Source: Gemmatimonadota bacterium (GTDB lineage Bacteria > Gemmatimonadota > Gemmatimonadetes > Gemmatimonadales > GWC2-71-9). From it: DNA of 43,043 bases. Made by a program: the position numbers and the translations under genes. The notes under the pieces were generated by a model. It searched no databases and had not been told where the DNA came from. It saw only the letters and a list, made by a program, of their open reading frames with translations. The stretch lies in assembly GCA_039584755.1 (NCBI GenBank), contig JBDGXD010000003.1, positions 1-43,043 of the forward strand. Reading direction: 5' to 3'. Below are positions 17,018 through 26,533 of the stretch, one piece after another; position 1 is the stretch's first letter, and each line of letters opens with the position of its first letter.

Positions 17018-18097
17018 TCACCGACGGACCTCCCAGCAGCGGTCGCTCATCTCCCGCTTGACCTTCTTGGGATCCTCGATGATCTGGTAGAACTCATCCA
17101 GGTATTTGACGGCCCGCTCGACCTGTTTCTCCTCGAGACCTTCCTGGTTTTGATACAGGGCGTAGATAGCTTGCTTCTGCTTCAGGAACGCGGGAAGCGT
17201 CACATCCAGTTGGTCGCTATCGCGGCAGAGTCCACGGTACATCCGTTGACGAACAGAATGAATGGGAAGCGAGGGATCGGGTTTCGCGTATCTTGCTGAG
17301 ACCAAACCGGTCCAGTCGAAGTCATAAGGTACCGGAAAGACCGGACCCGCTGGGTTGCCGATCACCGTCATGTTGTGGCAGCACTCGGTCTCATCCGGAG
17401 CAGAGCTGAACGCGGCCCAGTCGGTATTCCCCACCATGAACTGAAACGTCTCCGCCAGATTCAGTTGGTCTTGCTCATACTGAAATGGTGGGACCACCGG
17501 GACTTGGAGCGCCACCCAACCGTTCCTGCTGGCCATGTCATCATCATCCTCGATGAAGAACGCGTACTTCGTGAGTGGTTCGCGATCGCCCTCGGTGTCC
17601 ACATAAGTGATCCGTGCCAGACGCACCTGATAACTCAGATCCGTGAACAGGTTGTACGTGCGATAGGCCAGGTGCTCCAACAGGATGTACTGTTCGTAAT
17701 CCGCCCGCTTGTCCTGACAGTGGGTCACGAGCTTGAGCTTGTCCTGACCGGCGAACACGGTGTTCTCGACTTGCTTCTTCTTGAAGTTGATCCTGACCGG
17801 TGGGAAACCGCAGTTTCTGGGATTGAGCCGGAACTTCCCTCGTGTCTTCACCTGAACGTCGAGGCTCACACGCAAGCCGTCACTTCCCTCCAGTATCACG
17901 ACTCCCGGATGGTACGAACTTGTCTGCTCTCTCTCCTTGAAGATCACCTTGAGAGGTGCTTCGATGGTCAGTATGAGCACATCGTTGGACGCGAACAGGG
18001 CTTGGGTCGCACCCGTCCCACCCGAGCCGGCGTCTTGCGCCGTCACGGCAGTCCCGTAAGCGAGTCCCGCTAGCAGCAGGAATATTGTCTTACACAT
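17018..18097 (-). CDS. Secreted protein with CotH-like atypical kinase motifs
   Basis: Signal peptide from ATG 18097 (GGAGA upstream). Motifs RGKFR...FPP, KLKLVTHC, EHLAYRTYN, FFIED, FQFMVGNTDW, HN and VPYDFD. The CotH relationship is inferred. Confidence 0.7.
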   Translation of the reverse strand: MCKTIFLLLAGLAYGTAVTAQDAGSGGTGATQALFASNDVLILTIEAPLKVIFKEREQTSSYHPGVVILEGSDGLRVSLDVQVKTRGKFRLNPRNCGFPPVRINFKKKQVENTVFAGQDKLKLVTHCQDKRADYEQYILLEHLAYRTYNLFTDLSYQVRLARITYVDTEGDREPLTKYAFFIEDDDDMASRNGWVALQVPVVPPFQYEQDQLNLAETFQFMVGNTDWAAFSSAPDETECCHNMTVIGNPAGPVFPVPYDFDWTGLVSARYAKPDPSLPIHSVRQRMYRGLCRDSDQLDVTLPAFLKQKQAIYALYQNQEGLEEKQVERAVKYLDEFYQIIEDPKKVKREMSDRCWEVRR

Positions 18098-18385
18098 GAG
18101 GCGGTCTCCAGTCGTCTCGTCGTAGCATAGTCTCCGAACCCCAAAGTATGCACTCGACCTGGAATTAGCGACACCGCAGCCTACGTCAGCCAGAACTCCG
18201 GGCGATCGCGTTCGGCCCGCGCCGTGCTGGCCCTCTCGCTGCACTGGACCCATCTTAGGATGGTTCACTCATCTGGCGCGATCGCTGTCTTTGCCGCGGC
18301 TCGAGCCCGTCGAACGGCGGTGGCGCGAGCGCAAGACTCCTGGATACCCCTAACAATCGGAATGTTCCGGTGGAGCCGAGGGCCA

Positions 18386-20338
18386 ATGACCAGAGCAATC
18401 AACCTGCCACTCCTGACGGCACTCACGCCGTTGGCGTTTGTGTTTGGCTGTAGTGGCGCTGACACGTCTTCCCAGACCGCGGATTGGCCCAGTATTCCCC
18501 GCAGCGTTGCGGTCGATTCATCGCTGGAAGAGCATGTGGCGACTCTGTTGTCACAGATGTCATTGGAACAGAAAGTCGGCCAGATGATTCAGGCCGAGAT
18601 CCAGAGCGTCACTCCAGCGGATGTCAGGGATTACCATCTTGGCTCCGTGCTCAACGGAGGCGGTTCGTATCCAGATAACGCCAAGACCGCGAGCGTAGCT
18701 GACTGGCTGGGATTGGCCGATGCGTTCTATGACGCCTCGATGGACACCTCCGAGGGCGGACTCGCGATTCCGGTCATCTGGGGAACCGACGCCGTGCACG
18801 GCCACAACAACGTCAGGGGGGCCACGCTGTTTCCCCACAACATCGGCCTTGGCGCGACCCGCAACCCGGATCTGATACAGAGCATCGGCGAGGTTACGGC
18901 CGTCGAGGTGGCTGCAACGGGAATCGCCTGGAATTTTGCGCCAACCCTAGCGGTCGTCAGAGACGATCGCTGGGGTCGCACGTATGAGGGCTATTCGGAG
19001 GATCCCGAGGTCGTGCGACAATACGCCGGGAGAATGGTCGCGGGGCTTCAGGGAAGCGCAGGGTCACCCGAGTTCCTAGACGCATCGCGCGTAGTTGCCA
19101 CGGCCAAACACTACATGGGCGACGGGGGAACCGACCAAGGCATCGATCGCGGAGACAATCTCTCCACTGAGCAAGAGCTGCTCGACATTCACGCTCAGGG
19201 GTATTTCACGGCGTTGGAGGCCGGTGCTCAGACGGTGATGGCGTCGTTCAACAGCTGGCGCGGTGAGAAGTTGCATGGCAATCACTACCTGCTCACCGAA
19301 GTGCTCAAAGAGAGTCTCGGCTTCGACGGGTTCGTAGTCGGCGACTGGAACGGCCACGCCGAGGTTCCCGGGTGTAGCAACGAGTCGTGCCCGCAGGCGA
19401 TCAACGCCGGCGTCGACATGTTTATGGTGCCCCAGGACTGGAAAGCCCTCCTCGCCAACACATTGCAGCAAGTCCAGGCGGGCGAGATCCAGGAGGCCCG
19501 CATCGATGACGCCGTACGGCGCATCCTGCGTGTCAAGGCGCGGACGGGACTGTTCGCCAACGGCCGCCCGTCGTCGCGGGCAGGCGACGCATCGTTGGTC
19601 GGCACCGCTGACCATCGACGTCTGGCGCGACAGGCCGTGCGCCAATCACTCGTGTTGCTCAAGAACGCTGAGGGGGTGCTACCACTGCCACGCAACGTGG
19701 ATGTGCTGGTCGCCGGGAACGGCGCGAACGATATCAGCAGACAAGCGGGCGGCTGGTCGGTCACCTGGCAGGGCACGGAGAACAGCAACGAGGACTTCCC
19801 TGGCGCCACGTCGATCTTTGCGGGGATTCACGAGGCGGTCACGGCAGGCGGTGGGACGGCGATTCTGAGCCCGGACGGCTCGTTCAGCGAGCGGCCGGAT
19901 GTGGCCATTGTGGTCTTTGGTGAGGATCCATATGCGGAGTGGGAAGGCGATCTCGAGTCATTGAGCTTCTCGGCCAAATACGGCGAGCCTGTCGAGCTGC
20001 TGCGTCGCCTGAAGCAGCAGGACATTCCGGTGGTGTCGGTGTTCCTGAGCGGACGACCGCTGTGGGTCAATCCTGAGCTCAACGCATCTAACGCTCTTGT
20101 CGCGGCGTGGCTGCCGGGTACGGAGGGTGGCGGAGTAGCCGATGTGTTGTTCCGCGACAATGAGGGCGAGGTGAACTTCGATTTCACCGGCAAGCTGTCA
20201 TTCAGCTGGCCGAGGGATCCTTCCCAGACGCCGTTGAATCGTAACGATCCGGACTACGAGCCGCTGTTTGCCTATGGATTCGGCCTGAGCTACGGCGTCG
20301 TGGATACTTTGGGCAACGAGCTTCCCGAGGGCAACTAG
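18386..20338 (+). CDS. GH3 beta-glucosidase / exo-1,3/1,4-beta-glucanase, probable lipoprotein
   Basis: Motifs WGTDAVHGH, RDDRWGRTYEGYSEDP, AKHY, VVGDWNG (nucleophile), SLVLLKN, YAEWEGD and AAWLPGTEG; lipobox VFGC. Start moved to ATG 18386. Confidence 0.93.
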   Translation: MTRAINLPLLTALTPLAFVFGCSGADTSSQTADWPSIPRSVAVDSSLEEHVATLLSQMSLEQKVGQMIQAEIQSVTPADVRDYHLGSVLNGGGSYPDNAKTASVADWLGLADAFYDASMDTSEGGLAIPVIWGTDAVHGHNNVRGATLFPHNIGLGATRNPDLIQSIGEVTAVEVAATGIAWNFAPTLAVVRDDRWGRTYEGYSEDPEVVRQYAGRMVAGLQGSAGSPEFLDASRVVATAKHYMGDGGTDQGIDRGDNLSTEQELLDIHAQGYFTALEAGAQTVMASFNSWRGEKLHGNHYLLTEVLKESLGFDGFVVGDWNGHAEVPGCSNESCPQAINAGVDMFMVPQDWKALLANTLQQVQAGEIQEARIDDAVRRILRVKARTGLFANGRPSSRAGDASLVGTADHRRLARQAVRQSLVLLKNAEGVLPLPRNVDVLVAGNGANDISRQAGGWSVTWQGTENSNEDFPGATSIFAGIHEAVTAGGGTAILSPDGSFSERPDVAIVVFGEDPYAEWEGDLESLSFSAKYGEPVELLRRLKQQDIPVVSVFLSGRPLWVNPELNASNALVAAWLPGTEGGGVADVLFRDNEGEVNFDFTGKLSFSWPRDPSQTPLNRNDPDYEPLFAYGFGLSYGVVDTLGNELPEGN

Positions 20339-20343
20339 CGGAA

Positions 20344-20463
20344 CTAGGACTGCTGCCACTCCAGTCGCGGTAGCACCTCGGCCTGCTTCTCGCACATCAG
20401 GTCGATCAGGTCCACCGCCGCGCGATAGGACACCGTGGTGGGATCCAGCAGCAATGCCTGCAG
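20344..20463 (-). pseudogene. C-terminal remnant of a GH4-family glycoside hydrolase
   Basis: Hand translation gives LQALLLDPTTVSYRAAVDLIDLMCEKQAEVLPRLEWQQS*, which matches my recollection of the GH4 terminal helices (ALxxDP...EM...LP). The upstream in-frame sequence is not GH4-like. Confidence 0.65.
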
Positions 20464-20579
20464 TGGCCCACAATGGCGGAGACTCGTTGGATCGGGGGTC
20501 CGGTTAGCGCACTGCTCATGACGGATACATTAGTAGCTCGATTGGTGCATCACACGAGCAACCTCCGGGGCCGAGGGCG

Positions 20580-22223
20580 ATGAGCCGCAAGCAACTCGAA
20601 TGGTGGCAGACCGGTGTCGTGTATCAGATCTACCCGAGAAGCTTCAAGGACACGACCGGAAACGGCGTTGGTGACCTGCATGGTATCATCGACCGGATGG
20701 AGTATCTGAGCGATACGCTTGGCATCGACGCGATCTGGATCAGTCCGTTTTACCCTTCACCGATGGCGGACTTCGGATACGACGTGTCGGACTACTGCGA
20801 TGTACATCCGCTGTTCGGCGATCTCGCGACGTTCGATCGGCTCGTGGCACAGGCACACGAGGTTGGCCTCAAGCTGATCGTCGACTTCGTACCGAACCAC
20901 TCGTCCGATCAACACCCTTGGTTCATCGAGTCAAGGAGCTCCCGCGATAACCCGCGCCGCGACTGGTACGTGTGGCGCGACGCAAAGGCGGACGGCTCGC
21001 CGCCCAACAACTGGCTCAGCGTTTTCGGTGGCTCAGCCTGGGAACTGGACGGCCGAACCGACCAGTACTACTTGCATTCGTTCCTCAAGGAGCAGCCCGA
21101 TCTGAACTGGCGTAACCCCGCGTTGAAAGCAGCGATGTCTGACAACATGCGGTTTTGGCTCGAGCGAGAGGTGGACGGATTTCGCCTCGATGCAGTTCTC
21201 TTCATGCTGAAAGATCCTGCAGAGCGAGATAATCCGCCCAACCGCGGCGGCTCGCAGCACATGCACAAGTCGCTTGGTGCGTACGAGTCTCAAGTACACC
21301 TGCACGACCAGGGCCACGAAGAGGTGCACCGGGTATTCCGCGACATGCGTGCGCTGCTGGACGAATACGAGTCGCCGCGCATGGCCCTGGCGGAGATGCA
21401 CGTGTTCGACTGGGGCGAGTTGCGATCGTACTACGGCCAGGATCTCGATGAACTGAACATGCCGACCAACTTCGGGCTGTTGAACGCGCCCTGGACTGCG
21501 ACCGGAGTTCGCGGAGTCGTTGACGGCCTCGAAGCAGCGCTGCCGGCGGGTGCCTGGCCCAACTACGTCCTCGGTACTCACGACGACCAACGGTTGGCCA
21601 CCAGGCTCGGTGAGCACGGCAGCCGCCAGGCGGCGGTTCTGCTGCTCACGTTACGCGGATCGCCCACCCTGTATTACGGTGACGAGTTGGGAATGCGTGA
21701 AGCCGAGGTCCCGCCGGACAGGCAGCAGGACCCGTGGGCCAGCAGAGAGCCGAGGCTGGGTCGCGACGGCTGCCGCACACCGATGCAGTGGTCGCCGGAT
21801 CCCGGTGCCGGGTTCACATCGGCGAGTGACCCATGGCTGCCCGTTGGGAGCGACTACGAGGTGCGGAACGTGGAATCACAACTCCGCGATCCCGATTCGC
21901 ATCTCGACCTGTATCGCAGGTTGCTGGAGTTGCGCCGGAACTCGGCGGCTCTCACAAGCGGGTCGTACGTGCCTGTGGATCCGGTTCCGCCCGAATGCTT
22001 TGTCTTCGAACGGTCGCAGGGAACCGAGCGCGTTCTCGTCGCTGTCAATTTCTCAGCCGAACTGCTCTCCATTGACACCACAGGATTCGTCGGTGCGATC
22101 GCAGTATCTACGCAGCGCGTGAACGAGGGCAACGAGGTCAACGGTACTCTCGGGCTGCTGCCATACGAGGCCGTCGTGGTAGTCGAGATTCCGCCGCACG
22201 TCGAGCCTAAAGGTACGGAGTAG
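20580..22223 (+). CDS. GH13 alpha-glucosidase (oligo-1,6-glucosidase group), cytoplasmic
   Basis: Motifs YQIYPRSF, DFGYDVSDY, DFVPNHSS, QPDLNW, DGFRLDAV (nucleophile), LAEMH (acid/base), GTHD and RDGCRTPMQW. No signal peptide. Confidence 0.94.
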   Translation: MSRKQLEWWQTGVVYQIYPRSFKDTTGNGVGDLHGIIDRMEYLSDTLGIDAIWISPFYPSPMADFGYDVSDYCDVHPLFGDLATFDRLVAQAHEVGLKLIVDFVPNHSSDQHPWFIESRSSRDNPRRDWYVWRDAKADGSPPNNWLSVFGGSAWELDGRTDQYYLHSFLKEQPDLNWRNPALKAAMSDNMRFWLEREVDGFRLDAVLFMLKDPAERDNPPNRGGSQHMHKSLGAYESQVHLHDQGHEEVHRVFRDMRALLDEYESPRMALAEMHVFDWGELRSYYGQDLDELNMPTNFGLLNAPWTATGVRGVVDGLEAALPAGAWPNYVLGTHDDQRLATRLGEHGSRQAAVLLLTLRGSPTLYYGDELGMREAEVPPDRQQDPWASREPRLGRDGCRTPMQWSPDPGAGFTSASDPWLPVGSDYEVRNVESQLRDPDSHLDLYRRLLELRRNSAALTSGSYVPVDPVPPECFVFERSQGTERVLVAVNFSAELLSIDTTGFVGAIAVSTQRVNEGNEVNGTLGLLPYEAVVVVEIPPHVEPKGTE

Positions 22224-22229
22224 AATATC

Positions 22230-24215
22230 ATGGCCACTTTGGACGTACTGATCGTTCTTGCGTTTGTCGCCTACGCGGTTTGGCAGGGGTTCGCTGCCAG
22301 GCGCGTTGCATCGCAGAATCTGGAAGAGTATTTCCTCGCCGGGCGCAGCCTTTCCGGATGGAAGGCGGGCCTGAGTATGGCTGCCACCCAGTTTGCCGCT
22401 GACACACCGCTGTTTGTGACCGGGCTGGTGGCAACGGCCGGAATCTTCCATCTCTGGCGACCATTCTGGATCTTCGCACTAGCATTCTTGCTGCTGGGCT
22501 TCGTGCTGTCGGGCAGCTGGCGCCGAGCCGGCGTGCTCACCGATGCGGAACTCACGGAAATACGTTATGGCAGCCGGCCTGCCGCGACGTTGCGAGGTCT
22601 GAAAGCCGTGTACTTCGGGGTTGTCATCAACTGCGCCATTCTGGCCATGGTCCTCATCGCCGCGACACGCATTGCCGAGCCGTTCTTGCTGTGGGATCAA
22701 TGGCTGCCGGCAGCAGTCTTCGATCCAGTCGTCGATCTGGTCCGTGCCATAGGCGTTCCACTTGTGCCAACGAGCGAAACCGCTGACGGCACATTCATTC
22801 TCGATACTATCAGCTGGGTTTCGGTGCCTTACGACGGTGCTGACGAGATGGTTTGGATCCTCTCTGCTCGCAATCTCATTTCCATTCTGGCCATTGTCGC
22901 GGTTACGACCCTCTACTCCACCACCGGCGGCCTGCGCTCCGTGGTCGCCACCGACATGGTGCAGCTCGGTATCATGTTGCTGGGAACGGTCATCTTTGCC
23001 GGCTACGTCCTTGCCGAAGTCGGTGGCCTTGGCGCCCTCACCGATCAGATTCGAGCGTCTTTTCCGGAAGACGGTTCCGCCGGGATCACGGGCAACCAGA
23101 TTCTCGCTTTCACTCCGTCACAGGCGAAAGGCATTTCGCTCGCCGTTATGGCTACAATGCTCGTCCAGTGGCTGGTGCACATGTACGCCGACGGAACCGG
23201 CTACCTGGCGCAACGTACCATGGCGTGTCGCACGGATGCGGACGCAAAGCGCGCGTCGGTCATCTTCACGTTTGTACAGGTGGTGGGTCGCAGCCTCATC
23301 TGGCTCCCGATCGCCCTCGGCGTACTGGTGCTGTTCCCGCCCGCCCAAGGACTTGCCGGTGAACTCCTCGCCGCCGATCGCGAAGCGACGTACGTGCGCG
23401 GCATGAGCGATCTCCTGCCGGCGGGTGTGCTCGGGTTGCTCCTGACTGGCATGCTCGCCGCCCTGGCCTCCACCGTCGACACCCATCTCAACTGGGGATC
23501 TTCCTACCTCACCAACGACATCTTCAAGCGCTTCGTCTTTCCCCGTCTGCTCAAGAAGGAGCCCCGACCGCGGACGCTGGTTTGGGTGGCACGTGGCTCC
23601 AATCTGTTCATTCTTCTCGTGGCCCTTGGGGTCATGACCCAGTTGACCTCCATTCAGACAGCATGGCAAGCAAGCACCCTGCTCGGCGCAGGGATGGGGA
23701 TTGTGTTGGTCATGCGCTGGCTGTGGTGGCGCATGACTGCATGGGGAGAGATCGCAGCGATCGTAGCTTCGCTCGTGCTCGCACCGATTCTGATCTTCAC
23801 GGTCCCCATGGAGAACCAAGGGACACGGCTGTTTGTCATGGCAATTGGGGGGACGTTGGCAGGCGTCTTGGCTTCATACATCTCAGGACCTGAATCCATG
23901 AAGCGCCTGAGCAACTTCTATCGTCGCGCCAAACCACCGGGCTTTTGGGGACCTGTTGCCGTCGCCGCGGGTGTGCCGCCCGCCTACGCAACCCGCCAGC
24001 TGGGTCGGTCGCTAGCCGCAATGCTGTTGTGCGCGACCACCGTGTTCTGCCTGCTTACCGGTCTCGGCTCATGGATGGTAGGTAGTCCGGCACCGCCATG
24101 GCTTCCTTTGCGCGGTCTGTGGATAGGGCTCTTGTTGATAGTCGGGATTGCACTCATCCCGCTGTGGTGGAAGCTCGGTGAGCTCGGTAAGACTAGTGAA
24201 GAGGTCACTACCTGA
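22230..24215 (+). CDS. Sodium:solute symporter (SSS) family protein
   Basis: Motifs EEYFLAGRSL, SMAATQFAADTPL, GGLRSVVATD, YLAQR and LAALASTVDTHLNWGSSY; many TM helices. Confidence 0.92.
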   Translation: MATLDVLIVLAFVAYAVWQGFAARRVASQNLEEYFLAGRSLSGWKAGLSMAATQFAADTPLFVTGLVATAGIFHLWRPFWIFALAFLLLGFVLSGSWRRAGVLTDAELTEIRYGSRPAATLRGLKAVYFGVVINCAILAMVLIAATRIAEPFLLWDQWLPAAVFDPVVDLVRAIGVPLVPTSETADGTFILDTISWVSVPYDGADEMVWILSARNLISILAIVAVTTLYSTTGGLRSVVATDMVQLGIMLLGTVIFAGYVLAEVGGLGALTDQIRASFPEDGSAGITGNQILAFTPSQAKGISLAVMATMLVQWLVHMYADGTGYLAQRTMACRTDADAKRASVIFTFVQVVGRSLIWLPIALGVLVLFPPAQGLAGELLAADREATYVRGMSDLLPAGVLGLLLTGMLAALASTVDTHLNWGSSYLTNDIFKRFVFPRLLKKEPRPRTLVWVARGSNLFILLVALGVMTQLTSIQTAWQASTLLGAGMGIVLVMRWLWWRMTAWGEIAAIVASLVLAPILIFTVPMENQGTRLFVMAIGGTLAGVLASYISGPESMKRLSNFYRRAKPPGFWGPVAVAAGVPPAYATRQLGRSLAAMLLCATTVFCLLTGLGSWMVGSPAPPWLPLRGLWIGLLLIVGIALIPLWWKLGELGKTSEEVTT

Positions 24216-24217
24216 TA

Positions 24218-24382
24218 TCACAGGCCGATCGCGTCGGTGGTCTTGGTGCGTTTTGCGAAGTAGAATCCGAGGCCAACGATGAACACGACGTAGAGCGCCA
24301 CCATTAGCACATCGGCAGTCTCGAGCTGAACTGGGGCATGATTACCCTTGGGAAGTGATTCCGGAAAAGAGATTGAGACCAC
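24218..24382 (-). pseudogene. N-terminal remnant (first TM helix) of an SSS symporter, or a 54-aa small membrane protein
   Basis: Hand translation from GTG 24382: VVSISFPESLPKGNHAPVQLETADVLMVALYVVFIVGLGFYFAKRTKTTDAIGL*. It aligns by eye with the N-termini of both intact SSS proteins here but stops where DYFLA is expected. Confidence 0.72.
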
Positions 24383-24403
24383 GCATCACCTGGTCACCCT
24401 GAG

Positions 24404-25357
24404 CTAATCATCCGCGAGCGAATCATGTTCGTCGAGCCATTGGAGCAGCTCAGAGAGCCGGCCCGTGGCCAGCCCGATGCACGTGTCGGCAGCCCCGTAG
24501 TAGAGGCGTACTTCGTCATCCACCAGGGTCCAGCCGCATGGGAACACGACGTCCGCCACGTCGCCAAACCGCTCGTATGGCTCACTGGGAGTGATCAGCC
24601 ACTCGCTCGAACGCTTCAGCACGCGACGTGGGTCCTCGAGATCGAGCAGCGCGAGTCCCAAGCGATAGATGGATCCCGACGCCGTGGTCCGGACACCGTG
24701 ATACAGGATGAGCCATCCGCGATCTGTCTTGAGTGGCGGCGGCGAGAGTCCGATCTTCCCCGCGTCCCACCAGCCCCCTTCGCGGGCCTCGAGGAGAACC
24801 ACATGCTCTCCCCAGTGCGTCAGGTCTGGGGAGAACGAGATCCACATATGGGCACCACCGACCCCAGCCGGTGGCACGGGACGATGAATCAACGCCCAGC
24901 TCCCGTCGAATTTGACGGGGAAGAGCGCGGCATCCTTGTTCTCGGGTAGCATGACCGCACCGAGTCGCTCGAACCTTTCGAAATCCTCGGTGGTGGCCAG
25001 CGATACGAGCGGGCCTCCCCGGGAATAGGCGGTGTACGCCACGATCCAGCGCTGTTCCTCCTCGACATAAGTGAGTCGTGGATCTTCAACCCCCCAGATC
25101 TCCTCGGGGTATTCATCAGGCTGGCCGACAAAAGTGGGAGCGGCGTCTATCCGCCATCCGGCCACACCGTCCGCGCTGCGTGCCACCGTGAGGTGCGACA
25201 GCCCGCGCCGGTCTTCAACCCGCATCAGCAGGATCGTCTCGCCGTCGCGTATTGTCGCCGCCGGGTTGAACACACTGTGGGCAGAGTACGGTAGGTCGGC
25301 GGCAGTGATAATGGGGTTGGCCGGATGGCGCGTGAACAAATCTGCGTGTGGGGTCAT
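24404..25357 (-). CDS. GH130-family glycoside phosphorylase/hydrolase (beta-mannoside phosphorylase-like)
   Basis: Motifs NPII, VFNPAA, RVEDRRGLSHL, GVEDPR, NKDAALFP, LIHRP, LILYHGV, GDVADVVFPCG and YYGAADT. No signal peptide. Confidence 0.92.
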   Translation of the reverse strand: MTPHADLFTRHPANPIITAADLPYSAHSVFNPAATIRDGETILLMRVEDRRGLSHLTVARSADGVAGWRIDAAPTFVGQPDEYPEEIWGVEDPRLTYVEEEQRWIVAYTAYSRGGPLVSLATTEDFERFERLGAVMLPENKDAALFPVKFDGSWALIHRPVPPAGVGGAHMWISFSPDLTHWGEHVVLLEAREGGWWDAGKIGLSPPPLKTDRGWLILYHGVRTTASGSIYRLGLALLDLEDPRRVLKRSSEWLITPSEPYERFGDVADVVFPCGWTLVDDEVRLYYGAADTCIGLATGRLSELLQWLDEHDSLADD

Positions 25358-25429
25358 GATCTTTCGCCATGTTGCTGGTTGCGATCGGTTCTAGAGCTTT
25401 GCCTTAGTCTCGGCCTGGGCAACATCAAG

Positions 25430-26530
25430 TCATGCGTGACCGTCATGAAGCAGCGATGAGCCGTCGGGTGCGAAGAAGTGCAGCCTGCTGTGGTCGATGG
25501 ACAGGCTGACGACCCCACCCGGGGGCGGCGCCGGCCCACTGGGGACCGCAGCGATCAGTCGTCGGCCTCCCACCTCGACATATAGATGCGTCGTGGCACC
25601 CAAGACCTCGGCCAGGAAAAGATTCCCGGGGATCGTACCCATCCCCGCCGCGCCGGCTAGAGCCAGATCCTCAGGGCGAATGCCGAGCGTGACCGCCTCG
25701 CCGGAATGGACTGTGGGGTCAGGGCGTCGCTCGCCCAGCAGCGGAATCCTCAACGTGTCACAGACGAACACGAGCCCATCACGCTCGCGCTCCAGGCGCC
25801 CATCCAGGAAGTTCATAGACGGGGTGCCGATGAAGCCGGCCACGAACTTGTTCGCGGGCGCGCCGTACACGTCGATCGGGCGACCCACTTGCTGGATGCG
25901 CCCGCCGTCGAGCACCACCAGCCGATCGCCCAGCGTCATGGCCTCCATCTGGTCGTGGGTCACATACAGGGCCGTGGTCCCGACGCGTCGCTGCATTCGG
26001 GCGATCTCGTGACGCATCTGGCCGCGCAGGTGAGCATCGAGGTTGGACAACGGTTCATCGAACAAGAACACCGCGGGCTCCCGGACCATGGCCCGTCCCA
26101 TGGCGATGCGCTGCCGCTGCCCGCCGGACATGTGCTTCGGCTTGCGATCGAGGAACGGATCAAGCTCCAGGATATCCGCCGCCCAGAGCTCACGGCGGTC
26201 GATCTCCGCCTTCGGGACCTTCCGCAGGCGCAAACCGAGGGAGATGTTCTGGCGTCCCGTCAGATGGGGGTAGAGCGCGTAGTCCTGGAAGACCATGGCC
26301 ACATCGCGCTCCCGGGGTGGCAGATGAGTGACCTCTCGCTCGCCAATGCGGACCGTCCCGCTCGTGACGCTCTCGAGCCCAGCTAGCATCCGTAGGATCG
26401 TTGATTTGCCGCATCCGGATCCACCCACCAGGACCACCAGTTCACCGTCGGACACTTGAAGGTCGAAGTCCTGAACCACGGTCGCGGTCCCGAAGTCCTT
26501 GCGGACGTGCTCGAAGGAGACGTTGGCCAC
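25430..26530 (-). CDS. Carbohydrate ABC transporter ATP-binding protein (MalK/UgpC family)
   Basis: Walker A GGSGCGKS, VFQDYALYPH, signature MSGGQRQR, FLFDEPLSNLDA, YVTHDQ and a C-terminal TOBE region. Confidence 0.95.
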   Translation of the reverse strand: MANVSFEHVRKDFGTATVVQDFDLQVSDGELVVLVGGSGCGKSTILRMLAGLESVTSGTVRIGEREVTHLPPRERDVAMVFQDYALYPHLTGRQNISLGLRLRKVPKAEIDRRELWAADILELDPFLDRKPKHMSGGQRQRIAMGRAMVREPAVFLFDEPLSNLDAHLRGQMRHEIARMQRRVGTTALYVTHDQMEAMTLGDRLVVLDGGRIQQVGRPIDVYGAPANKFVAGFIGTPSMNFLDGRLERERDGLVFVCDTLRIPLLGERRPDPTVHSGEAVTLGIRPEDLALAGAAGMGTIPGNLFLAEVLGATTHLYVEVGGRRLIAAVPSGPAPPPGGVVSLSIDHSRLHFFAPDGSSLLHDGHA

Positions 26531-26533
26531 GCT

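Noticed and set aside
21565-21600. GH13 alpha-glucosidase inactivated because NHD reads THD
   Set aside because: The His-Asp pair, the nucleophile Asp and the acid/base Glu are all present.
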